Part shown: positions 49,401 through 61,400 of the stretch, one piece after another
Position numbering within the stretch: position 1 is the first letter of the stretch
How the letters are laid out: each line of letters starts with the position of its first letter
Origin: Macrostomum lignano
Taxonomy: Eukaryota
Length of the DNA stretch: 64,000 nucleotides
Assembly: GCA_002269645.1 (NCBI GenBank)
Contig: NIVC01000168.1
Location: forward strand, 723,297 to 787,296
Direction of reading: 5' to 3'
Notes under the pieces: model-generated
Database searches by the model: none
Told to the model about the DNA's origin: nothing
What the model saw: the letters and a program-made list of their open reading frames with translations, nothing else
Translations under genes and position numbers: made by a program

Positions 49401-52400
49401 GAGTTTTATTGCTCATTGCCTTCGAATCTCGCCAATTTTTTTAACGTGTTGGAAATCTGCTCAGTGTAAATTTGCGTGTTTGTATACAATGGAATTATAA
49501 AAAAAATATTCGCTTGCAGACCATCAGCACAGGTCTGACAGACAGCGTCACACCCCATCGAATGTCACTCAGCAGCCCTTTTCGGGCTAAGGTTGTTCGG
49601 CTGCTGCCAAAGACTTCCAAGAACCTTCGGTTGCTTCGGTTTGAGCTTCTTGGCTATCCGGAAGGTGAGTGAAGACTGTTAAAATTTACTTTGTATAACC
49701 TATCACTTGCTGAGACTTGATAAATGTGTTTCCCACTTGCTAGCTTCTGTCCCGAGCTTTGCACAGAATTGTCGCATTAAAATTTAGACTGTAACTGGCT
49801 GGACTCACCAGAGGCAACAGTCAGTGCTGTGTCTTCCAACTCTGCTCAAATACTGCTATCCAGTCCTTACGTTGTGACGGGTTGGAGGCTTACCGGCGGC
49901 TCGGGCAATGCCACATTCAGCTTGAGCTTCATCAGCTTGCGAAATGGAAGTCTTCAGACCGTGAGGAGCGGTGACGTACCAAACGTAATCAAAGCTCGCT
50001 ATCCATTGCATTCAGCTTCATACCTTATTGGCTCAATTTAATCTCTAAGCGTTTTAAATGCTCCAGGTGTTCAACTGCAGTCTGGGCAGCGAGCAGTACC
50101 TCCCGCTGGCTGTGTACACCACAAAACTGTTCATCAATTTCTCAGACCCAGCCCAGCTAAGCACTGCAATCTCGCTTCGCGGCTGCCCAATGGCAGGTAG
50201 GAAAACTACGAGCAGTAGCTAGCTCCCACGCATACCCCGTTAATCCGAAGTGCATGGAGTAAGCTTGTACATTACTGTCTAAACAACTCACAGGGCGCTG
50301 CAACGCTCATATGCGACGTATCAAGTATCAAAAAATGCTAATTCGAAATTATATCAAAATTTAAGAACTCAGCGAAAGCAAATATTTTAGCAAAAACCTG
50401 TTTAATAACAGCTAGAATTTTCTGGTAGAAATTTAAAAACATTTTGAAAAATTAGGTCGCAATTATATTCTTAGCTAGCTTTGCTGCAGATCAGCTAGCT
50501 ATACATGCATGTCTCATGCAGATCAGCTAGATATACATGCATGTCTCATTCAGATCAGCTAGATATACATGCATGTCTCATGCAGATCAGCTAGCTATAC
50601 ATGCATGTCTCATGCAGATCAGCTAGCTATACATGCATGTCTCATGCAGATCAGCTAGATATACATTCATGTCTCATGCAGATCAGCTAGCTATACATGC
50701 ATGTCTCATGCAGATCAGCTAGCTATACATGCATGTCTCATGCAGATCAGCTAGCTATACATGCATGTCTCATGCAGATCAGCTAGATATACATGCATGT
50801 CTCATGCAGATCAGCTAGCTATACATGCATGTCTCATGCAGATCAGCTAGATATACATGCATGTCTCATGCAGATCAGCTAGATATACATGCAGATCAGC
50901 TAGATATACATGCAGATCAGCTAGATATACATGCAGATCAGCTAGATATACATGCAGATCAGCTAGATATACATGCATGTCTATACATGCAGGTCAGCTA
51001 GATATTGCATGCAGATCAGCTAGATATACATGCATGTCTATACATGCAGGTCAGCTAGATATTACATGCAGATCAGCTAGATATACATGCATGTCTATAC
51101 ATGCAGGTCAGCTAGATATTACATGCAGATCAGCTAGATATACATGCATGTCTCATGCAGATCAGCTAGCTATACATGCATGTCTCATGCAGATCAGCTA
51201 GATATACATGCATGTCTCATGCAGATCAGCTAGATATACATGCATGTCTATACATGCAGGTCAGCTAGATATTACATGCAGATCAGCTAGCTATACATGC
51301 ATGTCTACACATGCAGATCAGCTAGATATACATGTCCGTGATACATGCATGTCTATTTTCCAACTTCTCTACCTGAGGTCAGCTCAGGGATTCTCACATA
51401 GCCACTCGGCGAGTAGATTGGTTTGTTTATTATAACGCGAGTTGACAATGCGTGGGAGTAATTTCTGCCTCAATTTTCTGCGTACTACAACAAAAATGAA
51501 GCTAATTTGACCAGCCTTCCGTCGCCTTACAAATGTTTCACAGAATGCCCGACAAATTCGCTACGCCACGGCCGCTTCTGTTACTGGGCGCCGTTTTCGG
51601 ACAGCAACCGGCCGCACACGGTGGCAAACAGGCGGGTGGCTCAGAGCATCTGCCAGTCCGCCAGCTGGCTGGGCGCAGGTCAGCTGGCGCGCATGACAAC
51701 CGAGACCGAGCTGCAGCTTTTCAGCTTCATTTTTAGGCAGCTGCAAAATAGGTTTGTACTTTCAAACTGGCGTGCATGACTTATTGATGTTACCTGTACA
51801 TGGCAACATAATTTGTACTTGCGATCGCTTCAGGTCAGGGTCGGTTCGCATCAATCGATAAGCAAACATCAGAGCAAACTGGATAGACCTCCAATCCCCA
51901 TATGTGAAATTATTAGCCAGGAGGTCTAAGGGTGTTAAGTAACAGGAGGGCGTAGCCAGGACTTTTCAATTAAAGGGCCTGTTTCTATCTTTGTCAAGCG
52001 CCAGCATCCCTGGGGTCTACGTAATGCGGCAAATAATAATTTTTATCGCAGCTTTTGTCGAATCCATCGATTCGTGTTAGCCATTGGAAAAGGTAATCTA
52101 TATTCCATAAATCCCAATGTTTTAAGCTCGATCCCAGCGTACAAGTTCGTGCACATTGACGGCCAGCGCAGCAACAGCACAGGTCAGTTTGAGTCCTACA
52201 CTGGCCAGGCCGTAGCTGCTCACCTGAACAACTGGGCGAGTGCCAACGAGTCGGGCGACTGTCTAGTAGCCGAGATTGGCGAGCGGATGCAGTGGCGCAC
52301 GGTGGCCTGCGACAGCGAGACCGCGGTGCACCCGTTTTTGTGCGAGCTTCCCGCAGCTCCGGGTCAGTGCTCTACCGTGATTATTAATGTTCTGTAAACA

Positions 52401-55400
52401 TCTCCTACATCATCCTAGTTGCTGCAGGAATATTGGACTAAAATATATTTCTTTTCATTTCTAAAAATATAAATTTTACGGGCAAATGCGATTCCAGGCA
52501 CTCGATGCGACACCAAAATTTATCTGCCAGCCCTGAGTCCGTCTGCTTTGACAGAGATAAGTCTGTACCAGAGTGCTGAGCCGACAGGCAAGTCACTGTT
52601 GGACTGTCAGCTGAACGCCACGAGAAACTGCAGCGCAGTGCGGCTGTCGGGCCCAGTTGCCACATGCACCGTGGATTCAAGCGATGCGTCGCAGAAACTG
52701 CCACTGGCAGCCCTCAACAGCACCGTTCGGTTCTCTTGCTACGGTACGATGTTCTTTCGAATTGCACCTCGGTTATGTATTGCTTTAAAAAAATTCCAAA
52801 TCACGTCCGACGTGTAGATTCGAACTGCGACAGCGCACTAATCAGCCGCGATCCGGCGGACAATCGGTCGGTGGAAATTGCTGGCATCACTGCCAAGTCG
52901 AGTCTGGCTGGATTCGCTCCCGAGCGGATTGCGTTTAACTATATTGCAAATGGCAAGTGAGATTTGTGCTTATCGAGCACCATCTGCTGCTATAAATTCA
53001 TGTAAATATGTATGTATGCGGCAGTAAATCAAGGCGAAAGTCAACCTGAAGGAAGTACGCTCGTACGAGCATGCAAGTACGCACTTGCAGTGTGCACAGC
53101 ATCCCTGACTTTCTCCTATCTTCAGGCATGTGCGAATTTTTGTGCAAAATTGTGCCCTTAGAAACTGGCTTTTACAAACGTAAATTCCACGGTCACCCTT
53201 AGATCAATTTAGGTGCACTATTGGAGATTCAGAGTCATTACTGGTCCGCTATTCAGGCCCTAACTCAAACTGAAACTTATGAATCATTGCAGATTCAAGC
53301 GTTGGAACATACGGGTTCTTCAGAGCAGCCAGCAACAGCTTGGAAGAATGGCTACAGGTAGATTTTCTGCATAAAGTGACCGTGCAATCCGTTGCTATGT
53401 CAGGAGTCTACTGCTTGTCTGGCCTGGAAAGGGAAGCTGTGACCAGCTACATCATTTTGTACTCGCTATCCGGACTTTACTGGGGCTTTGCACCAGGAGT
53501 GAGTGAGCCTGTAGAGACGCAGAAAAGTACCAGATTATCAGTAAAAAAAAACAGAATCTTTAAAAACTGATTATTAAATCCATTATATATAATCCATCAA
53601 TAGATTATGCGAGGTCCCGCCGGCTATCCTCAAAGCTGCATCTCAACGGTGGAGCGCCTCTCCAGTCCCATTGTGGGTCGGAGCTTCCGCCTCTATCCAC
53701 TGCACCTGACTGGCAGGCTGGCCGGCAAACTCGAGCTATTCGGCTGCTCAGCTCAGGTGTCGCTGGAAGCTCCAGCAGTGCCAGTGTGGCCCCACCAGTT
53801 GACGGTCAGAACGCAGCATTCATCGGCTGGCGCTGCCACCAGCTGGCCTGATGGTCCCGCGTCGCTTCTGCTGCCCCTAACGGAGGCAGTTGGCGCCCTG
53901 GCTGGAAACTTTTACGAGCTGCCAGTGAATGCCTCGGTTCGGCTGACTTTTTCTGTGCTGCATCGGGTGTTCAGCGTGATTACAGCAGGCTACAACGGAT
54001 CGTACATCAGCTCATATGATCTCCGGTACGGCCAGACAGACGACGCGCTGCCTGTCGATGTACCGCGAGCCAACATGCCGGATCGCACGCTTCTTGGCAG
54101 CGTCATTTCCCAGCTGAAGTTCACCGAGGACCTGCCGAGCTCTTTGGTAGTGAAATATCTTGAGCTGACGCCAAGGCACTACTATGGCGATGCGAGGCTT
54201 CAGTTTGGCGTTCTGGCATTTCCTGTTGGTGAGTTCGTGAGAGTCAAGTTATTCCTATTGTAGTTTCTATTTTTATTAAAAGCAACCGAATGTTTCACCA
54301 ACAGAATGCCCTGCACTGACCAACGGTTCATTCAGCGTGGTTGAGAGCGCTCCCCCAGGCCAGGTGCAGATCTCGTTTTCGCTGCAAAATATGAGCTATC
54401 TCACCAATGTAACGGTCGATGTTCGTCTGGCACTCGGAGTTGACAAAGGTGTTGTTCTCTTCAGAGTCACTGGCAGTCCAGAGGAGCAGGTGTGAATCTT
54501 TAAAGTATATATTAATTACTAGTAACTTGGGATATTTTACGAAGTACGCTGCTAATGCTGAGGAATAAGAAAAAACTAAAATCAAACACTGCAGACAATA
54601 ACTGTGAACAATGGAACAAACCGTGTGTGGCTAAATCGCACATTTGCGGCAAAGTCCGGATACCTGCAGGCCAATTCATCGGAAATTGTCAGTCTCAGCA
54701 TCCTGAACATCTACGCTTGCGCAAGTGGAGGTAAGTTCTTACTCAAGAAACATTTTGAAGTTTTGGACTTAGTTTTGCTCCTTTGAGCTCTGGTTAATAA
54801 AATTGATGCATTGTGCTTCAAATTTGTTGCCGAACGTGAGCTTAATTATGATGAGCTGTCATTTGGTAAGTACTTTGAAGTATCGTGTGAAATAACTCAA
54901 AAGTTATCCTTAAAAATGCCATTTTACATTAGCTTGACTTACTTGACTTAGCAGGGGCTCCGGGAATCAGGATGTAGCGGGGTGGCGTTGACGACCATTC
55001 CGCTAACCCCTGTCGACCGCGGGCAGCTGGTGTGAGATTAGGTGGTGTTGGTGTCTGCAGTGCGGTTCCCCCTCCGGATGGTATACGAGGTGGATGGTCG
55101 CTCGCCCGGTAGCCCTTAGGTAGCGGACGAGCTGGTGGAAAAAATAAGACCTATCTCACCAATGTAACGGTCGATGTTCACTGGAGTTGACAAAAGATTC
55201 TCGGGCCTGAAAATCCTGGAAGGTCCGGGTTTGGGCCGAGGTAGGTGAGCCTGTCCTGAGTAAATACGGGACATTCACAGATGAAGTGCCCGCATTCTCG
55301 ACACCGGAGAGGCAGAAAGGTCTTTTTCCTCACTGCAGATTTTCCCTGGAGGTAGCGATAGCTGGTAAAACAGCTGCGGCCTGAGGGAGCCATGGGTACC

Positions 55401-58400
55401 GCCCTGATGTCCCTGCAGTCGAGTCCAAGCAGGGCCCTGCGGAGGGTGGGGTTTCCATCTGCTTTAATACAGCTGTTTTCACCAAACCTCGTACAAATGC
55501 TTTCAACAGACTGTCCAGTGAACTTCTATTATCATGAGGGCGCCTGCCGGCACCACCTTGTCGATGGCATCGGCGGCATCCCTCGCTCTGTTGCTGAGGC
55601 CTACTGCAAGAGCGTTCACTGGCTGAAGTCAGGAGGCCTGTTCCAGCCAACCAGCTACTATGACTATGCAGCTTTGCGACTGGCCTATGTTGACTTGTCA
55701 CTGTGAGTAAAATAGCTCTTTTTGTCTCTAGCTGGCTGGTGTAAAGCACTCTCTACTACGCCTTCCTCAAATCATCTGTCAAATTGCGCCTTAGTGTTTC
55801 TGAAAGCGCTAACTAAAAATTCCTCCCGACAGGAACGTCTGTTACGAAAATTGTTTTATTTGACGCTCCAAATCCTATTTTAAATAGTCAGTTGGCTTGC
55901 TTCGACATTTAAAGCAAAGAACTAAAGATGTGTTGTTTAAGAACCCCAAATTGGTCCTTCCAATGTTAAAAGTAGCGCCAACGTGTGATGTAAAGACTAC
56001 AGCAGCAGAATTACCTCTTTTCACAAATTTCTGCAGAAAATTCAATCAAAGCCAGCAGCCACTGCGCCGCGACGCCAGCTTTCACATGGACGCCAGACAG
56101 CGCCCATCCGACGGTCAGTGGGTCACGAGTTCGAACTCCAGCCTGGCTTGGAGCCACTGGGCGCCCAGCCAGCCAGCGGTCGGGTCCTGCGCCACCTCGC
56201 GTCTCACTGAAGAGGCCTGGACTTCTGTTGATTGCGACTCCAGCCGAGCCCACGTCATCTGCCAGATCGAGGCTGGTCAGTTTTTTTTGCTGCGGCTTCA
56301 ATTGTTGCTCGATCTTGGATCGAAGCAGTGTTTTTCCGGAGCCCGCAAAACATAAATTTAGGGCACGAATCTTAATCGCTTTGTTGTGGGAAGACCATAC
56401 ATAGGAAGCATCGAGTCCTTACTTCAACTCGGGGGTTGGAGAGGGAAGAGAGGGGAGAGAGTAGAAGGGAGGGAGGAAAGGGAGAGGTAAGAGAAAGGAG
56501 AGAGTAGAGAGGAGAGAGGAGAGAGGAGAGAGAGATGAGAAAAGAGCGAAGAAGGGGGAGGGAAGAGAAGAGAAAAGAGGAGGGAGATGGAAGAGAGAGA
56601 AGGGAGAGAAGAGAGGAGAGGGAAGCGATAAAGGGGCGAGAGAAATGAGAAAAAAGAGGAGAGGGGGAGAGAGAGAGGAGAGAGGAGAGAGGAGAGAGGA
56701 GAGAGGGAGAGAGAAGAGAGAGAAGAGGGGAGAGGGAAGAGAGAAAAAGAGGAGAGAGGGGGAGAGGGGAGAGGGAAAAGAGAAGAGAGGAGAGATGGGG
56801 AGAGGGGGAGAGGGAAGAGAAAAAGAGGAGAGAGGGGGAGAGAGAAGAGAGGAAAGAGGGGAGAGGAGACAGAGAGAGGAGAGAAGAAAGCTGAGAAGAG
56901 ATGAGAAGAGACACCAACCTCGAGCGGGCTGGATTGCTATTGAGAAGTTTCAAAGGCCCCGCGGGCGGGAGTTCTCTGACCCTACTCTAACTAGTCCATT
57001 CTCATTTGTAAAGAATGCCTTCCAATCTGAGTTGGCTTTGCTTGTGTTTTTTCAGTCTACACCAGCGGGGTAGGGTTCTTTGATTATTAAACGCCACTAA
57101 CAATTTTTTTCAAGAATTTTTTGTGATTATTAACTTGCTGATGTTTCAGTGACAGCTTGAAAAAAGTCTTTATTTTTTCTTCTAGACGAGAATCAGCATC
57201 TGGACTGCAGCAGGCCGTTCTACAATGTGATTTTCAACTACTCGGGAAATGCAGAGGGCAAGCGGGCACTTTACTATGGCAGCATTCAGTCTGCACTCGT
57301 TAAGTGCCAGGCCGGCGCCTGCAACACACACATGTCCTGAAGCCTTCTCAAGGTGAAAATAAAGTCAGCCTCAAATGACAGTGATTTATGCATTCACCTG
57401 AACCTTAGCAAGGTATACGTGCAATTTTAAAAAAATCTACCAAGCTATCTCCATTCTACAAGTACTTCATTCCATAGCTTGTGATAATGTATAATTTGCA
57501 TTGATTGTACATATGGGTAGAACCGTAGATCAAGGTACATGTAAGTTAAACCAGTGATAGCCGATTTCAATTATAGTAAACCAACTTAGGTGATGCAACA
57601 AATATAAAGTTTCATGTAACTCAGCGGGGGTTTGGGTTGTGTGGCTTTGCCAATGTACTCAAATTTGGTCCCTCTGGCCCATGAGCTTGAGTATGCTCTG
57701 TCCAGTGTACTTGACTCTAGACTGTTATAGGCATGTTGGTTGTATGCTTCCTACTTGTATAATAAAATCAATTGATGATAAATTCTGCAAGGCACGATTT
57801 CTTTTCACAAACCAAGCTCGACCTGTATTTGTTAGTGACTTGACTTGCAGTCCATAGTGAGCTTCAAGCCTACTTTCAATATTTCTACTCACCTTGCCAT
57901 ACATGTATAAAGAAATGAGCCATGCAACGCATGCACTATCACACGAAGAAAATCGCCTCAAGATCTGCTTGTTGTGCTACAAAAAGGGCTCATCAATGCA
58001 ACGAATAGGTAATGCCTCGCTGAAACGCATTCAGGCACACTTTTTGCCCAACTACAATGCGAATGATGAGCAGCTACCTGCAGCACTCTGTGCCCGATGC
58101 AACAAGCTTCTGGCTGACGTCGACAAGGGCATAAAAGCGCCGAATGTTTTGCCGAACTCCTCTGAGGTCGTAAAGGTGAGCCCAACAAAGATTACGCGAC
58201 AGTCCAGCAGTTGTGCTTGCAAAATATGTGAGACTGCCCGGTTCAACCCGATTGGGAAAGGACTGGGAAAATGGAAACCAGAGCCACATTCGCTTGGACG
58301 ACCCGCGTGTTCGGATCCAGATCATGGTCTGCCACCGGCACAACCTGTTGTCATCTGCCAGCGCTGCCACTCAATGGTTGGCAGAGGTTTGCCTCACTAC

Positions 58401-61400
58401 TGCACGCAAACACAGCGACGAGAAATTCTATTCAGTAAGTTGTCGCTAGACCGTCGAGGTGCCGAAATCCACGCAAGTGACGTGATCAAAGCTAAGGCTG
58501 CTTCCACCGGCTCAAACTCTAGATTTCAATTGGCAACTAGAGGTCGTGATCTTACAGTGTGTGTTGGGCAACGGGCTGGTAGTTCTACATCAATGAGAGG
58601 TGGCTGCGCCGTACCAGCAGAGGAATTCAGCCGATTCCAGCAGACGCTGTGTTTGAGCAGTCGGCAAACTAAGTTGGCCGCCCAATTTTTTCGAGCATGG
58701 AAAGGACGCAAGAGCATTGAGCCAAATTTGCGCAGCAAACTGAGCGCCATCGACTCTGCTCTAGATGATTTGTTTGAGTTGACTAACCTAGAGATGGACT
58801 GTGCCAAAGGAAAAAGGGAAATGCGCAGCATTGTATTCTGCACTGATCCTCTGGCTCTGATTGACAGAGTGATGGCACGTCGTCAGGTCAGTGCAGATGA
58901 CGGCGCATTGATTAAAGTTGGCATCGACAGCGGAGGTGGCTTCTTGAAATTTTGTGTTAGCATTGTGTCTGCTCAAGGTTTAAAAGATCAACCTACCGGA
59001 AGTCGCAGCACGTACGCAGAAGGCGCATGCCGTTTCCATTTTGAGGATGGAGGAGTCCGTAAACTGCTCCTGCTTGCCATTGCCGAATCTGTTTCCGAGT
59101 CCTACGATAATCTGCAGCAGATCCTGAATCTTCTTAATTTGCAAGGATTTTCATTCTGTGCAGCAGTTGATATGAAAATTTCGAATGCGATCCTGGGACT
59201 TCAGTGCTGCAGCAGCACCCATCCCTGCCCTTGGTGTAAGACTGCCAGGATCGATTTTTCTAATCCAGACCGCACGAACGTGTTGAGATCGATCGGCGGT
59301 ATTCGGCTACAGGCATTTGAGTACCAGCGCACTGTAGAAGAAAAAGCGCCGCGCAACGTGTCTGCTGCTGCTTTCAAAAACTGTGTGCGTTCTCCTCTGC
59401 TCGAAGTTCCAGACAGCACAATGGTGCTCCAGGCCATTCCACCAATGGGGCTGCATCTCTTGCTTGGCGTGACCAATCGACTATTCGAAGAACTGGAAAC
59501 TCAACTGCGAGGACTCGAAGACTGTCAGATAAGCACCGATGACTGGCTACAGCAGCTTGGCCTTCGACGACCATTGCAGAACGGTGGGAACTTTGCCGGA
59601 AACGCCTGCGAGTGTCTTCTAAATGGCGTCGACATTTTGATTGCAATGCTGGCTCAGCACAATGTGTTTTCGGCAATGCCTGTAGCTCATGCCCTACGCT
59701 GCTTCCGCGATGTGAAGGCTTCGTGCTTTGGTATGAGTGTGTGTGGAGACTTTGAGAATCGAGTCCGGGCATTCGAACAAGCCTATATCGATCTTGGAAT
59801 CCGCGTCACCCCGAAAGTCCACGCTGTTATTGACCACGTTGTCCAGTTTTTGAACATGTCCAATATAGCTGGAGAACCCAAGAAGGGACTTGGCTTCTGG
59901 TCTGAGCAGGTGGTTGAGACTGCACACCACGATTTCAGCAGCATGTGGCAAGACTTTCGGATCGATTTTCATCATCCATCGTATCCAGATCGACTGCGCA
60001 AGTGTGTTGTTGCATACTGCTCTCGTCATGCCTAAACAAAATGTGAACTAGCTAAATCAATCAAGACTGCGAATTAGGATTATACATTTCTCTTTATTGG
60101 GATGAACAAATAGTTCTTAGTCAGACCCTGTAGACTGGAAAGCGAAATTAAACAGAACATAAACAGGAAGTAAATAATTGGAATCTTTCAAAAAGCGTGT
60201 TATCTTACCCATTCAACCCACCGAAATACAATGTCCGCATTTCAAAATTCCATTCTAGCTTTGCAATGCATGCATAGAGATAGTTAGTTGACTAGAAAAT
60301 GAAATCTAAAAGAGACTAGAGGATCGCTAGCTATTCTCTTATCCCGATAGGACCCTAAAGTTATTTTTTCTTTTATTTATTATTGAATTAATGATAGGAA
60401 TACATTAGGTAGCTGGTGGAAACCTTAATTTAATTCTTTCTATGGTAAACTTATATTGCAGAAGTCCTTGTTCTTACCTATCATCATGGAAAGGGAATAG
60501 CTTCCTTTGAAAACTCAGCAGTATTTAATAGAAGGATATGCCTATGGTTCCAAGGGCCAAAATGGCATGAATACGAGAGCTGTGCAGCAAATTTACAGGC
60601 TCACAGCCAATGAGATGGTAGCTACGTATGAGGAGGGAATAATAGCTACAACTCAAAAGCAAGCGATAGAAAAATATCTGGGATAATATTCTCTCCATGC
60701 CTTGCATCACTCACGCACAATTTTGCGCAATGCTTCTTTGTCCACTTTTATGTAGCATTCTCTGTACTGTACGAGTGTTTATGCTGTTTTTTGTTACATT
60801 TAGTCACAATTATTCATTGATGTTTCAATTTATACTTTATACTTTGGACTTTGTAAGGTGATGGCATACCTATGAATTATAATGAAAAGTTTCTGACTTG
60901 TTTTAGGATCATTTTTTCAAATTTCACAAACTCTTGTAGACACTCATTTTTTGCATCACGCATATTGAAAACCAATAGTAATTAGGTCATATGGTAATAA
61001 AGTGCTGTAAATCAGAGATAGCTCGGGAGATTTTTTTGAAATTGCACATATGTTGTGCTAAGGTCCAGATGAGTGTGTAAATTATTGTCATTTCAGGCTG
61101 ACTTTATTTTCACCTTTAAAGGGCTTCAAGACATGTGTGCAACAGTCTTCAAGCCGGTGTTGGAGAGCCAGCCATCTACAGCTCAACCGTGCACTCGCGT
61201 TCCATTGGCTTTCAGCCCAGCTGGCTGCAGAATCAGTTCTTCATCGAACAAATCTGCCGAAGTAAGCGCGAACGGCTCTGATAAATTAAGTTTCGGTCTT
61301 CAGATTAAATAATTTTTCTGTGCTCCTACGACCTTTTTTTACTCAATATATTATATAGTATTTAATATTGCATTGCACCTGCCCCAATTGGGCCAGATGT

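Noticed and set aside
55339-55445. Possible exon after cactgcag at 55338
   Set aside because: The phase-compatible frame contains a stop, and the upstream donor at about 54731 joins cleanly to the CTLD exon at 55510.
56372-57073. Ser/Leu-rich and Arg/Glu-rich ORFs
   Set aside because: Artefacts of the GA polypurine tract.
57330-57335. 6-bp ACATGT or 4-bp CATG as the TSD of the transposon
   Set aside because: These bases are part of the TIRs. Only the CAC-terminus/CAACA interpretation extends the inverted repeat and restores the host reading frame.
60036-61030. Possible RAG2-like gene inside the transposon
   Set aside because: About 1 kb of AT-rich sequence with no ORF or kelch-like motifs of adequate length on either strand.
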